Of a stretch of DNA of 64,000 nt, positions 1 through 12,499 are shown piece by piece (the first letter of the stretch is position 1; every line of letters starts with the position of its first letter). Below the pieces are notes generated by a model. The model did no database searches and had not been told where the DNA came from. It saw nothing but the letters and a program-made list of their open reading frames with translations. A program made the position numbers and the translations under genes. Origin of the DNA: Bigelowiella natans CCMP2755 (Eukaryota; Protista; Cercozoa); the NCBI GenBank assembly GCA_000320545.1, contig ADNK01002378.1, positions 1 to 64,000 on the forward strand, in the 5' to 3' direction.

Positions 1-32
1 ATCCCTCTCCACCAGAGGCCTCATAGTAATCG

Positions 33-637
33 CAATGGAGGGTTATAAGAGAAATCTAAAGTCATGGCTCAGGTAACCTATATGCGACGTACGAAACGCA
101 TTTGCCTTTTTTGCCCCCCCACCCCCCCTCTCTCTCTTTCTCACTGACCCCTGCGTCGAAGAGAAGCTCATCGACACACGTATCAACGTTCTGATGAATG
201 GATAAGCAATCAGGTCAGTGACCGAGAGGATGAGTGATAAAAGCAGGCAAAAAAAGGAGGCAACCAGCCTCTCTCCCCTATCACCCACCAAACCACCGCC
301 ACAGGATACCATACAGCACCTCCCTCCCTCCACCACCCTGTCGCTGCTTGTATTGCAGCAGTACCTTCAAGGCGTCACGAATACACTCTTCCGGATTAGG
401 ATTTCGCTCAAGCAGTGTGAAGGATCGGGATAGAAGCAACAGGGAAGCTGGGATGTCGCTTTCAAGTGACAGACTGCGACACAGTAAGTAGTGTGTGCAA
501 AGAAATATAAGAACGAGCAGGGAGGAGGTGGAATGATAAGAGAGAGGGTGGGGGGGCAAAAAAGGCAAATGCGTTTCGTACGTCGCATATAGGTTACCTG
601 AGCCATGACTTTAGATTTCTCTTATAACCCTCCATTG
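33..637. repeat. ~92-bp inverted repeat pair (33-124 and ~546-637) inside the LETM1 gene
   Basis: caatggagggttataagagaaatctaaagtcatggctcaggtaacctatatgcgacgtacgaaacgcatttgccttttttgcccccccacc is the reverse complement of 546-637. Confidence 0.95.
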
Positions 638-2275
638 TCAATCCAATGGTACGCATTCCCTAGGAAAGGAAGGAAAATTACAGAAGCAGAGGCAGAGGAT
701 GGGGGGAAAGAGGCTATCATCATCATCATTATCATCATCATCATCATCATCGCTTTCTTAGATTCATTAAACGGGGGGTGGTGGTGGTGGTGGTGATGAC
801 GATGATGATGATACCCTCTCTCTGCAGGCAGCCATGAGTTCGTCAAGGTTCATGCTATCGACGCCTAGCTGAGCGATTTCGACATCTTCTTTCTTAAGCT
901 CCTTCAACTTCTTAAACCTTATGACGGTGATAACGACAACGATAGTAATGACGGTGACGATGATGTTCAGGGCAAAAACGAATCGAGAAGAAGGCACTGA
1001 ACCAACAACTACTCCAAATCGGTTTAACAGAAAGAAGCTCCTCTCTTCATCTTCTCCTTCCACATCATCGTGTTGACTATATTACAATTTCTTGCGGAGG
1101 TAGGGAGATGGGCCTATCGGTGATACGCCAACCTGGATGATGATGAATAATATCTCATCAATTATCTCAGCTGGAAGCTGTATTCATAGTCTATAGATAC
1201 TCGGCCAAAGGTCTTGCTTGTGTGTGTATGTGTGCATGTATGATAGGCCAACGACATATTATGGAAAAAAACATTTTAAGTTGTATGAGGAGGAGGAGGA
1301 GAGATGGGAAACTTCAGTACGCAATGGTTACTACCATGCGGCAAATCGAAGATAGTTGGATGTGTTCCAGATTATCTAACGCAATCTCGTCATCAAAGAG
1401 ATGGGCCACCTTGATAATTGTGAACGAATGCATATGAATATGTCAATATATCATTATGATATTTATAACATCTTGTGCGTGGTTGTGCATCATGTGATTT
1501 GAATATGCGAAGATATGCGAATGATGTCGATGATGAAGATTCCCAGCCTGTGAGTCACCTTTAGCAGATTTTCGTTGCTGACTCTTTTCCCTTGTCTAAC
1601 GTTATCGAGGAGCTGCACCTGTTGAGGTAATTGATTGCCACATGTATTAGTAAAGCACTGAGATTCAAAAAGCAAAAAACGACAAAGCTCTTGCATCCCC
1701 TCCCCCCCCCTCGTTCCCGACCAGTTCGTTTTCGTTCTTGAGTTCTCTTGTCTTGACAATTCCCTTGATCGTCTCTTGGAGGAAAGCTGCGGTGCGCAAG
1801 CGGACCTTCAGCTCCTTTTTCAGTTGAGCTTCCCTTGCATCTTGCTGTAGTAAATGATGCGACAAAAATGTATCTTACTGACAAAGCAAGCACGTGCACT
1901 GCATATGCATAAGACATGCGTGTATGCGTGAAACACGACGCGCGAATAAACATTATCACAGTTTTGGCGTATTTGTCGCATCATCTGCAACTTCGTCAAC
2001 AGAGGGCCAGCAACCTTGTGGAATTGGGAAGGTAGCATCTCCGGGAAAAGTTTTAGCGCAATGGGCAGCAAGAACTCGAATAGTGGCACGAGCAGGAAAA
2101 CAGCCATAGGGACCTGCATAATAATAGTAACAATAATAATAATAATAAAATAATAATAATAATGATAACAATAATCGCACGATATTATCGAGGTTTTGAT
2201 GCTTCAGAAGAGGAAGAAGAAGAAGAAGGAGAACCGGAGAGCAGTTTGGAATTTATGAACGTGAAAGTGCCATTC

Positions 2276-2313
<38 letters not shown>

Positions 2314-3531
2314 CGAAAGTAGGATACATCAGATGAAAAGAAACGCTTATCGTTCATTCATGATATATACTCCCCGTACACCACATACCAGTCGGAACAT
2401 ATCAGAGATAGCACGTGAAAGTTGTCGCCTTTCCCTCCACGACAGCTTCCCCGTTCGAATGAATGACTTCAGAAGTCCGGCGGCGGTGCTGATATCGGCA
2501 CAGAATAAGCGAAACCCTTGCGAATAGTGTACGATTTCGTGCTTGATGTGTTTGCAGAGGTTGATTGTCGCTCCAGGGATTCGCCATGGCTTTAGAACCA
2601 ACCTGTGAATAAGCAATAGTTACATCGGTGCGGTGTGTCAGGCAAGGGTGATATCAGCCGTCTTCAACAGATATGTGATGGGATGGAGTGTCTCCTATTA
2701 TAAAAGCGGAAAAGGGAACCAGACATTGCAAAGCCGACGAAAATATTCTTCAGCGTTCGTGCGATCTTCACAGCGATGTTTTTGGACTTGTTGAGGACAA
2801 CGATGGGGTCTCCTTTCCGCCCCTTTTCCAGCTACAGAGTTATTCGAAAATAAAAGTAGAAGCAGCAGCATTAAATCAATTTCAGGTCTTTGACACACAA
2901 AGTCACATTTCTCAGCAGCAAGACATGCTGAACAATATCAAACGAGAATGGTGCATGTCCCTTCTTTTTCACCATTCCATACTTGTTCGTTTTCCAGGAG
3001 TTTCCCCATAGTCCAATTCGTGTAGAACCCCTCCTTCCAGTACACAGGTCTAGAGTTTGGAGATTGAGATGCATCAGGCATGCCACCTGCGATGGCACTC
3101 TGCAAATAGAGTTCTGGTGATCTTGTTCTTCTTCTTCTTCTTCCTCTGAGGTCCTCCCACCATCTCCCTAACCGGGGCGGGTTGCTGCTCTTCATCATTG
3201 TAGTCGTGTGTGGTGCCGTAGGAACCAGGGCAGCCCTTGCGGCTGTGGTAAGAGCAGCATTTCGAAGTATTGGACGTGATGGAGTCTTCGGGGCTCCGAG
3301 GAGTGGAATTCGGGAAATTGTCGATGATATCCGTGGCTCTTGCTCTGTTCTCGCGTGTGCATTTGTGTCCATGCGCCGAGTAAGTCGGCCACTGCCTGCT
3401 ATTGAGGAGTAGCTGTATCTCCCTTGGAGGCTTGCGACTCTATTCTGCGTGCTGTGGAGGCTTGCACTTGCCATACCCAGTACGAGCATTATAGTTCGTG
3501 CTCGTCTGCCGAGATGGCCGACCATTTTCAT
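149..3531 (-). CDS. LETM1: LETM1/Mdm38-family protein, multi-exon; probably continues beyond the window start
   Basis: Spliced exons give IKHEIVHYSQGFRLFCADI..GKLSWRERRQLSRAISDMFRL|VPMAVFLLVPLFEFLLPIALKLFPEMLPSQF..LKKELKVRLRTAAFLQETI..FDDEIALDNL..GVSPIGPSPYLR..KEDVEIAQLGVDSMNLDELMAACRER|GMRTIG..SWL..DIPASLLLLSRSF. These are the LETM1 domain hallmarks in the correct order, with GT-AG introns. The start ATG at 3531 is inferred. Confidence 0.92.
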
Positions 3532-4199
3532 CGTGAAGGATTCTAAAAAGGCCGTCGATATTCTCACAGTCTCCCCGTTTCCTCCCCTATCCGATTTGGC
3601 CCCTCTCTCCAAATAAATTCAGGGTTTCTTCGTGCGCTCAGATAAGATACTGCAACTCTGATGCCTAAAAGTTGGGCCGGGAAAAGGTGTTGAGTACCGT
3701 ATAAAATCATAGGCGTGAATAGGGTATAGGCTAGTATATTAATAATCGATTTGGTTCCCCCCCCCCCCCCCCCCCCCCTCTCTCTCTCTCCCTCTCTCTT
3801 TTTCCCTCGCGAGGTTCAAAGTATCGCGTTGGAAAATTAGCCTCCTTTAAATAGAGATCCATTATAAAATGCTCACGGGGCATAGGCATAAAAGAAGAGC
3901 AATGAAGCCCCACGCATCTAGTGGAGTAGGGGTCTCAGAAGAGGAGTCTTTCGTTAGATAAAAAAATATAGTATTTTCCCACTAGCAAGACTACGAATGC
4001 ATAAACTTGAAAATCTGATCCCCACTCGTTGACAACCCTCACCCTCAACAGCTATCCCTGTGAATTAACATACAAGCCCACGCCCTACCAACCATATAAA
4101 ACACGTTTGGGTCTTGAGCGAGGTGCGTTTTCGTGTCTTTCTACCGGGATATATCTTCTGAGTAGGAAATCCTCGTGCATTTTGATGTACCGACATGAA

Positions 4200-5530
4200 T
4201 ATCCTAGAAACCCCTCAGATTTTGAAGAATCAGATAATCTCCTACGGTAAAAAGTTACACATATTGGATACGACATCCTTATGGCTTGCCGCTGGCTGAA
4301 TATGCATGTCATTTTATGACAAATACTTTCTCAAAAAATCCCTGCCAATTTTAGGTATAAAGCGATATTGCCTTAATTTTACATCAGAAGTTCGCAAATA
4401 GGGTGTATTTAGCAAAAATAAACGATGATTCGCTTCTGAGCCCATTCAATTCCGGATCTGAATTGAGCTGAATTAAAAATACATGCTATTTACATCAAAT
4501 TTGAACTTTCAGGGAAGTCACATGGAGTAAAACAGTCCTTTTTCAAATCTCAGTTGTCATTTTTGCAATTTGTGATGTCTGAGACAGAAGGGAAACAGCC
4601 TCGAAGTAGGGTTTGGTCTGGTATTTTTTTCGGCTTTGGATCTTACAACAAGGAGAGTGAGAACTTTTTCGAACCTGGGATTTTCCATGTGGATTTTGAC
4701 ATGGAGTTGAAAAACAGATATATACATATACCATCACAAACCTGCGAAAACATCCAAAATATTTTTGCCCCAATGTAGTAATACAGTAATAGCAATATTA
4801 CAGCAGCAAACATCTAAGGAAAGCAGCTCTTTAGAAAGCAAAGTCGACACACGCTACATCAGCCATCAAGCTCATTCCAGATCTGCGAAGCGGTAGCACT
4901 TGCGCGCCTTGAGCAAGCAGAACGAAGCAATTACCCAGCAACAATTGTATCGAGCTTTATCTTCATTTCGATCGATCAGCAATAATAGCTGAATGACCCT
5001 GGACGAAATACTTTTTAATAAAAGAACTGCATAACAAAAATTCTCCCTATGATTACACCGAGAAGGTCTGATTGGGTTTCAATCTCCTGATATGAGAGGA
5101 GTAAATGTCAATTCGCTAAGAAACAAGAGAGGCGTATGGATTAGAACAAAACTTCTCTTTTACTTCCACAAGCGCACAGGCATCGCTGTTGTGCAGGATG
5201 TAAGATTGAAGCTAAATGATTCTGTCCGTCCTCCTTGTTTCTTAGAGCTGTTGTCATTTTGCACTTACTCTGGAAAATAGCAAAAAATATGAGGGAAACA
5301 AGAAAAATACATACACTTTCGCATCGTCTCTATGAAATCCTTCACCCATTTACTTGTTCATCTACACACTTGACTGCAGGTGCAGCGAAGCATTTATTGG
5401 GAAGAAATGTGAACAGTCTCGCAAACTGCTGCGGTCTTCCAAACTACACTTCGTAGATAACTCATGAAATAGTCCAGAAAATCAGAGACAATGCACAAGA
5501 TCGTCGTATCGTGCACAAAGATTATTGACT
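4200..5530 (+). CDS. Possible micro-exon-rich hypothetical gene
   Basis: Series of short AG..GT-bounded open segments (e.g. KQLFRKQSRHTLHQPSSSFQICEAVALARLEQAERSNYPATI at ~4820-4946; ITHEIVQKIRDNAQDRRIVHK at ~5457-5520). No recognisable homology; strand and limits are uncertain. Confidence 0.25.
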
Positions 5531-7074
5531 AGTGATGACAATCCTTACTATCGTCATTATTAACGTCGTCTTGATAACAGCACTGCAGCAGTTTTTCACT
5601 AATGAATCGTCATAGCAGTCAGTCAGCTAAACTATCAGATGAATACCCGAAGTTTTGGTACGAGATTCCTTATTGAATTACATGATGATGCGCCTGGCAT
5701 GGAAAATAATTAGCAGTTATCGTTTACGCTGGCATAATACATGTAAAAATGATAAACTATTTTCATAAATCGCAAGTGGATGCCTTCTTGCATTTGCACA
5801 TGCGACATGTGACAAATGAGAGCATCATCATGAGAAGCCCTCCTGACATGTCATGCTAGCATAGTTCTCAATCATGAGGAACCCATCCTGCGATCTGTGA
5901 TGATTGTGGTGCGCGACAAGTTACATTGGAGGTCCTCACGATGGAATTGAACGGTCTATAGTGGTGCATGATTCGGCCATGTTCCTTTTTCAGTTTTAGG
6001 TCCCTGTCGTCGGGCAATCATGCACCAAAATTTATCTCGCGACGTACTGCAATGAGGAAAGATTGTAGTGGTCGATGTGGCGGGGCCGAAATAGTTTGTC
6101 CAACCGAAAATTCAAAAAAAAATCCAGTTTAATTCCTCTCTGTTGTGTCCATGTAGGTTGAAAACACCAAGCAACATTTGTCTGCAGATTGAGAGATTAG
6201 CCCGGTGCATAATACAACAACGGTACGTGTGCCTTCATCCCCTTCGGGCTTCCGTGCGTGCATGAACTCTTGAACTATTACGTTGAAGCACACAGACTGA
6301 GGTTGTCTTTCAAGGTATCTTCACACAATAGTGGGATTGCTCTTGATTTCGTTTTGGATGTCTAGCGTAGCAGATGTAACTAGGTAAGGTTGCACTCGAA
6401 AACCAACTGACATGCATGCTGAAAATTGCAAATTCACAGATTCTCCAATTGTGAAGAAATATAGAAAGCTAGAAAGACGTGCAGGTCGGTGTACACGAAC
6501 CCCATCTTGGGTGGATCCTCTCCTGGGTTAGTCTGTCGCCGAGACTGTTGCTTGCATTGCGTTGTATTGTCGACAGGTGAGGCTTACGACGTGCGCGGCT
6601 GCTACATGCATTTCACAATATTTCTGCGCTTCTTGCACGTTTCACTCATTAATTTTGACTTCGTATAATCTACATGCACAGCTAATAGGTAGTCGAGCAG
6701 TGACAGGCACATATAGCATATATATAGCTTATTTGAAGCTCTTTGCATCTGCATGCCTCGTCATTTGATGCAGTAGCGCATCTTAGAATGAGCAATATCA
6801 TCAATCATTATTGCACAGCAGTATGGTCAATACCAGCAATGCAGTCGCCTTGCGTATCTAGAGACCCTTCTTCCGCACACCACACGCCGCACTCCGTACT
6901 AGCAGCTACCACACCTCGTTCGGTATATCGGTCATTGCCGTATCATGTGCATACACATGTAGAATTGAATAAAAATAGCTCAAATATGTACGCAGCAACA
7001 AATATAAACATACTTGATTCTGCTGATTAAATCGAAGGAGTGACGCGATTTTAGTAGTTGATTATGATAAGTTA

Positions 7075-7873
7075 TTACGAACGGTTAGCAGCAGCTTGTC
7101 TAAGTAACTTTATCATTGCGAGAGTAGTCTTTCTTGCGGTCTCTGCATCTTCGAAAGGAACTTTCTTTATTTCTTCGACCTTACTCCAATCCAATAAACC
7201 TATTGCTTTCAACACATTGATGTAACGGTCCATCCTCTCGCAAAACTCCATTTCACCAAGCTCCGAAACCTTGCATTCCTCTAAAAATTCTGGAGAGAAA
7301 GCGCCGAGAACCTCGGTTCGGCTAAGTCGCCCATCACCATCTTGATCGAGAAAGTTAAGGATCTCCTTGGCTCTATGTGCTCGTATTTCTGCTGACTCTA
7401 TTTTTTCAATCAAATCTCTTTGCATCCTCTCCCAACATAATGTAGACTGATCACGAGGTAAGCCGGCTGTTTCCGTTTTCATAGTCTCTATTCCCTCTTC
7501 AAGCATCATCTGGATCACCATTTCTTCAACTTCTTTCTGCTCGAGATAGCCACTATCATCCTTATCCGTATGATCGAAAGCTGCATTGAATAGCTGTTTG
7601 CTTAGGGATTTGAACTGGCCTGCATAGTTGTTCCCGAAGAGGCCCCAAGCAAGCAGGTTATTGTTGTCCCCCTTATCACCTAAATGGTGTGTATACAAAA
7701 CTTTGGTTATCTCTGGATCAAGTTAGAACCTTGTTAGACGGCGAATACATATAATGATTAACATGTAATACATAACGAATACCGCAAAAGATCTGTGTAA
7801 CGACAACGAAAGAGATCGCTACGACTGCCAAACAGAGAGTAGGTGTTAATCTTCTTGTCCTGCCCCTTCTCAT
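7075..7873 (-). CDS. EF-hand calcium-binding protein with N-terminal signal peptide/anchor (2 exons: 7873-7783, 7679-7075)
   Basis: Two canonical EF loops, DKDDSGYLEQKE and DQDGDGRLSRTE. The upstream exon MRRGRTRRLTPTLCLAVVAISFVVVTQIFC joins in phase via a GT-AG intron at 7782-7680. Confidence 0.85.
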
Positions 7874-8428
7874 TGACTTCCAGCCACTGACGCACACAAA
7901 TAGCAGACAAAAACACGCATAATTACCTCAGATCTGTCGAAGAAGTCGTAATTTGACGTAACAATATTCGTCTGACACGCATCTCCATTTTCATCGACAC
8001 TCACGCGTTCGCATTACATTATACACATGGATCGGAATATCGACCGTTTGGACAATCAAAGATGGAGTACTATAACTCAGATGTTTCTAATAATCACTTA
8101 GTGATCCCTGCCAGTTCTGGATGCACTCTGCATGGATCAGGTAGGGTACTTACGGGGAGGGCGTTGACGCCATTCTTCTGGATTCCGATTTCTACTCTGG
8201 GTACCGATCGAGCAGACGGAGATTTATCGGAGTTATTAAGGAGGAAAATGCTGCAAACAATTTCTGATTTCAATGGATAAAAAGAAGTGCGACAATTACC
8301 AGTGACTGATTTCGTTAAAAATTGACGGGATTCCTCTTTCTTGTCGGAACAAGAGCTGCCTGAAGGACAGCAACGCCACCCAGAACGTAAAGCACCTGCC
8401 GGCTCGACTAGCACTCGCCCCAAAGTTG

Positions 8429-8574
8429 ATGTCTACTGTTCGACTCCACCTCGGAGGTCTTGGTCCTAACGTCAAAGAAGAGGAGATCGTCCGGAAATTC
8501 AAAGCTTTTGGCACGGTAGTCGTCGGTGATCGATGTTCAATGTAGAGGTGTATGTGACGATTTCAATAAGTTCT

Positions 8575-8619
<45 letters not shown>

Positions 8620-9836
8620 TCTCTCTCACTCGCTTTCCTTTTTAGGTTTCAAAGGTTGAAATCGTTCGCGAGAAGGATAAAGAATCAAATGATCAGCGAT
8701 CCTCCCAAAATCGACGTGAGAAATAAATGGTTTCCGATGGATGCTGTTAGATGTGTTCATTGTTGCACTGACAGTCGATGATCCTTTCCGTAACCTTTTC
8801 TTGTTGAAAATTCCATCTAGCTTGCAGAGGATTTGCATACTTAACATTGGAGGCTACCGATTTAGATGGATGCTTATCAACATTTAAAAAAACCAGGTAT
8901 TGCGCAAGCATGTTGCATATGGATGCATGAAGCTTTTCTTACCTGAATTCAGAGTCTGAAACAACCAATTTTGGAAGCACCTTCGTGCATGTGACAAAGC
9001 CTTTTTGCTTTTGAAGATGGCGAGGACGATTATTTACGGTGCAAATCGCAAAGCGCCACTATATGGACTGGCTGAGAGCAGAGTGGAAAGAGCAACGTGA
9101 GACGGAGGAGAAGAAAGCTAAAATGCGACTGCTCAAAGAGGAAAACAAATGGCTGGATACTTGGCTTTGCATGGAGAAACCCGTAGGAGATATGAAGAAG
9201 CTGAGAATACCTACGAAACGGCCCCAGTATAAAAAACACGTCATACTCTCCAGGAAGAAGAGGAGAATAAAGAGCCCGGATGACGATGACAGTGACAGCT
9301 CCGGAAATGCGCCATTGACCACGAAAGTTTCCCCACGACCACACGGGATGCTTGCTAATATCGATGATGATGACGAAGATATCTTTGCAATGGCGACACG
9401 TGTGCGGAAGGGCACGCTAAAATTGCCTGAAGTTCCTACTGTCTCCGAAGATCATGCATCATCCTCATCTTCTTCTATATCTGCCGAGGAAGAAGAAGAA
9501 GAAGAAGAAGAAGAAGAAGAAGAAGAAGAAGAAGAATCTGATGATGGCAGGGAGCGCGAAGAGAAGACCAATCAGATAGAGACGGCCATCACCCGTAATC
9601 ATATAACATCGTAATTTTTATTTGCTATTCTTTCATTTTCATTCTCCTTTGGTATACTCACCTTGTTTACCCTTCACGTCGTCTCTCACACATCTAGGTA
9701 AGCAAAGGTCCAACGAGAAGCGACTGGAGGCAATGGAGCGGAAACGCAGGGCGGCCGCATCACTCCGGGAGAAGATCCAAGCCGCAACAAACTCGCGCAT
9801 TCGCTTTGACGATAACGATGGGGATAACAAAGATAG

Positions 9837-9867
<31 letters not shown>

Positions 9868-10967
9868 GAAGAAGATGACGATGCTGGAGATGACGATGAC
9901 GATAGCTACGATTTTTGGGATAGCTCATTACCAAGAAATCGTCAAAATGGTGTCTCCCAGAAACAGCTGTCAGGCGCGGAAGACGAAGGGAGGGCGAACA
10001 ACAAGAAGAGGAAGATGGATTTTCTCGGAGAAGATAGCGATGATGATAGTGACGACGGCGGTGGGGACATCTCCGACTCGGAGAGGTTCAAATCGAAGCC
10101 CGTTTTTGACCAAAAGAAGGCTGGGCATCGCCTCCTCCAGCTGCAACGCTCGTACAAAGGCGACAAGCGATTCCAACTCGACGAACGCTTTCTAGAGTCA
10201 GATGATGATGGTGAAGATCAAGACAACAACAATGATAATGTTGATGCTGACGTTGCTCCTGGCGCAAAAGTGGAAGGAGGAGAGGAGGAAGACCTGGCCA
10301 GAAAGATTCACGATGAAAATGCCAAAGCACTCGACATACTAGACGCTCTTGTTGGTCCGCCTCGGCGTAACAGAACCTTCATGCAGCACCAACAACAGAA
10401 GGAGAATGATAGCAAAGCCAACTCCGCTACTGCTGCTACTTCATCATCATCATCTTCTGCAAAAGGCACAAATTATTGGCGACCCGTTCAGCGATTCGAT
10501 CCAGCACAGTACATGGAGCAGCAACAACTACAGGAGAAGGAAAATAAGGAGAAAAAGAAGATGGAACAGTCGTCATCATCATCATCATCGACATTATCAT
10601 CTAGGAAGAAAAAGCAACGTCACAGTAAAGAGCAGAACAGGGGAAATGGCGACGATGCCGAAGTCAATCATGAAAGTGGAGACGGCAAGAAGCAGCCTGG
10701 GAAGGGAAAGACAGGTGCAACGCCCCCCCCTGCGGCCCCTGGGAGCATCACTGCAGGCAGCACCTGGTGGGACAAATCGACCTGGGATGACACAATGAAG
10801 ACCTCTGAGCCATTCCAGCTGTCAAAAGTCGCTAAGGAGGAAGTATCCGAGCAGTTCAGATTTTTCCCTGAAGAACGTAGTGACGACGATGGTGAGGATC
10901 ATGCGAAGGACCATGCGGCAACGGGGAATGGGGGAGCCTGGGGAGCGTCCTCCACCGTGTTCGGCGC

Positions 10968-11003
<36 letters not shown>

Positions 11004-11559
11004 CCAAGAGGATGCTTTCAGCTTTTCCTTCAACGTCAAAGATAAGGGAGAAGTTAACGGAGAAGAACGGGAAAGGAAGCTCCCATCGAGACATCTTCCC
11101 ATCGGAGATAAAGCTACAAAGAAGCCCTTGGATCACTATGGGGATGATGACGGAAATAGGGGAAAGCGAATGGGGGCCATCGTTGGAAAATCTCGCGGCA
11201 GCGGACAGCCACCGCAATCACACTCCAACTCGACAAACAGAAAGAGGAAGAAGATGGCGTTCATGCGTACTTCCTCACTCGACGAGGTTGGTGCGGGAAA
11301 AAGTGTGAGAGCGAGAGTGAGCGTGAGCGTATGAGTGAGTGTGTTGGATGAAAATTAAAAGTAACATGTATTTGAACCAAATAGATGAACGAAGCTTGGA
11401 TTAAGCATCGAGGGCAAGCGTCTATGGATTTCAAGAGGAAGTTCAGGTAGGATCGAATCTTGCAAGTAGCCCTTTGTCCGTCTATTTCATATGCACTTCC
11501 ATTTTATTAGGGATGCAAGAAGGCGACGATCCTCGTTTAAGAAGGGAAAGAGAAAGTAA
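8429..11559 (+). CDS. NOL8: Nucleolar protein 8 (NOL8/Nop8)-like, N-terminal RRM
   Basis: Exons give MSTVRLHLGGLGPNVKEEEIVRKFKAFGT|VSKVEIVR..CRGFAYLTL..WRGRLFTVQIAKRHYMDWLRAE (NOL8-type RRM), acidic tracts, LLQLQRSYKGDKRFQLDERFLE, RFDP, and C-terminal FMR..W..R..DFKRKFRDARRR. Confidence 0.88.
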
Positions 11560-12499
11560 GCTACGCAAGGGCAAAGTTCAGATTGTGAAGCATTTACTCA
11601 TCGCACAGCTATAGCTAATGTGTAGTTTCTCTATCGAATGAAAACTTCACGATGATCCTGCTGAATAATCTGACACGCATTTTATCTACGTTGACGTACC
11701 ATTGCAAAAAAGAACAAGCAAGCTTCGCACTAAGCAAAATGACATAAGAAATGAGGCTATGATAATTGGAAGTACGCCTATGCACGCATCCATCAAGCTT
11801 TATTATATGCGCGGCTTACACCGGCGCTGTGTATGTATACACGAACATGATGTTCATTACTGCCATCGCGAATACACAATCGCACGTATATACGTATGTA
11901 CAAACTATACTACAGGCCAAGTGTGCATAGCCACGTGCGTGTGTGTGCAGCTATGGCTATCGTGAGCTTACAGCGTTGTAATGGCCTGCCTGCGCAAATA
12001 AATAAGTCACGGTTCCAAGCTATTTAGAAATGCATACCGCATACAGGTGCCTGTTGCGGTCTATACGTACTACATTGCCACCATGCACAGCTATCTAGCT
12101 ATATGATGGACGTACAATAATGCATGTTACACATGATCGTGATATAGGCATCGAACGTTACTTTTTGATTAGCATTAGTCGATTTTAAATTTTAGAATAA
12201 ATTATGTCAGGAATCGGAGCACACCCAGCAGCCGCATTTTACAATTTATACGAGTCAACTTTGTAGTCGACCACCTATCTTGTGCGGCGCTATAATGAAG
12301 ATTAACGAAGTTGGTAGCTCAAAACGTCTTGACTATATACCTTGACTATATGGAGGCGAGGAGGAACTCTTCTATCATTGGAAATGGACTGTACGTGTTT
12401 GACGAATAATTAATAGCGGTTCTAAAATCAATGCTCTCCAATCCATTTTATCGCCAGATTCTTATTTCTATTAAAAGTTTTTCTTCATGTGCGTTATCA

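Noticed and set aside
141-221. 9-bp inverted repeat tcactgacc/ggtcagtga (MITE-like?)
   Set aside because: Too short, no target-site duplication, and it overlaps a LETM1 exon and its splice signals.
605-846. ORFs with poly-I/M/H/W runs (and many THTH/CVCV/YIYI/ERER ORFs elsewhere)
   Set aside because: Translations of intronic microsatellites, not proteins.
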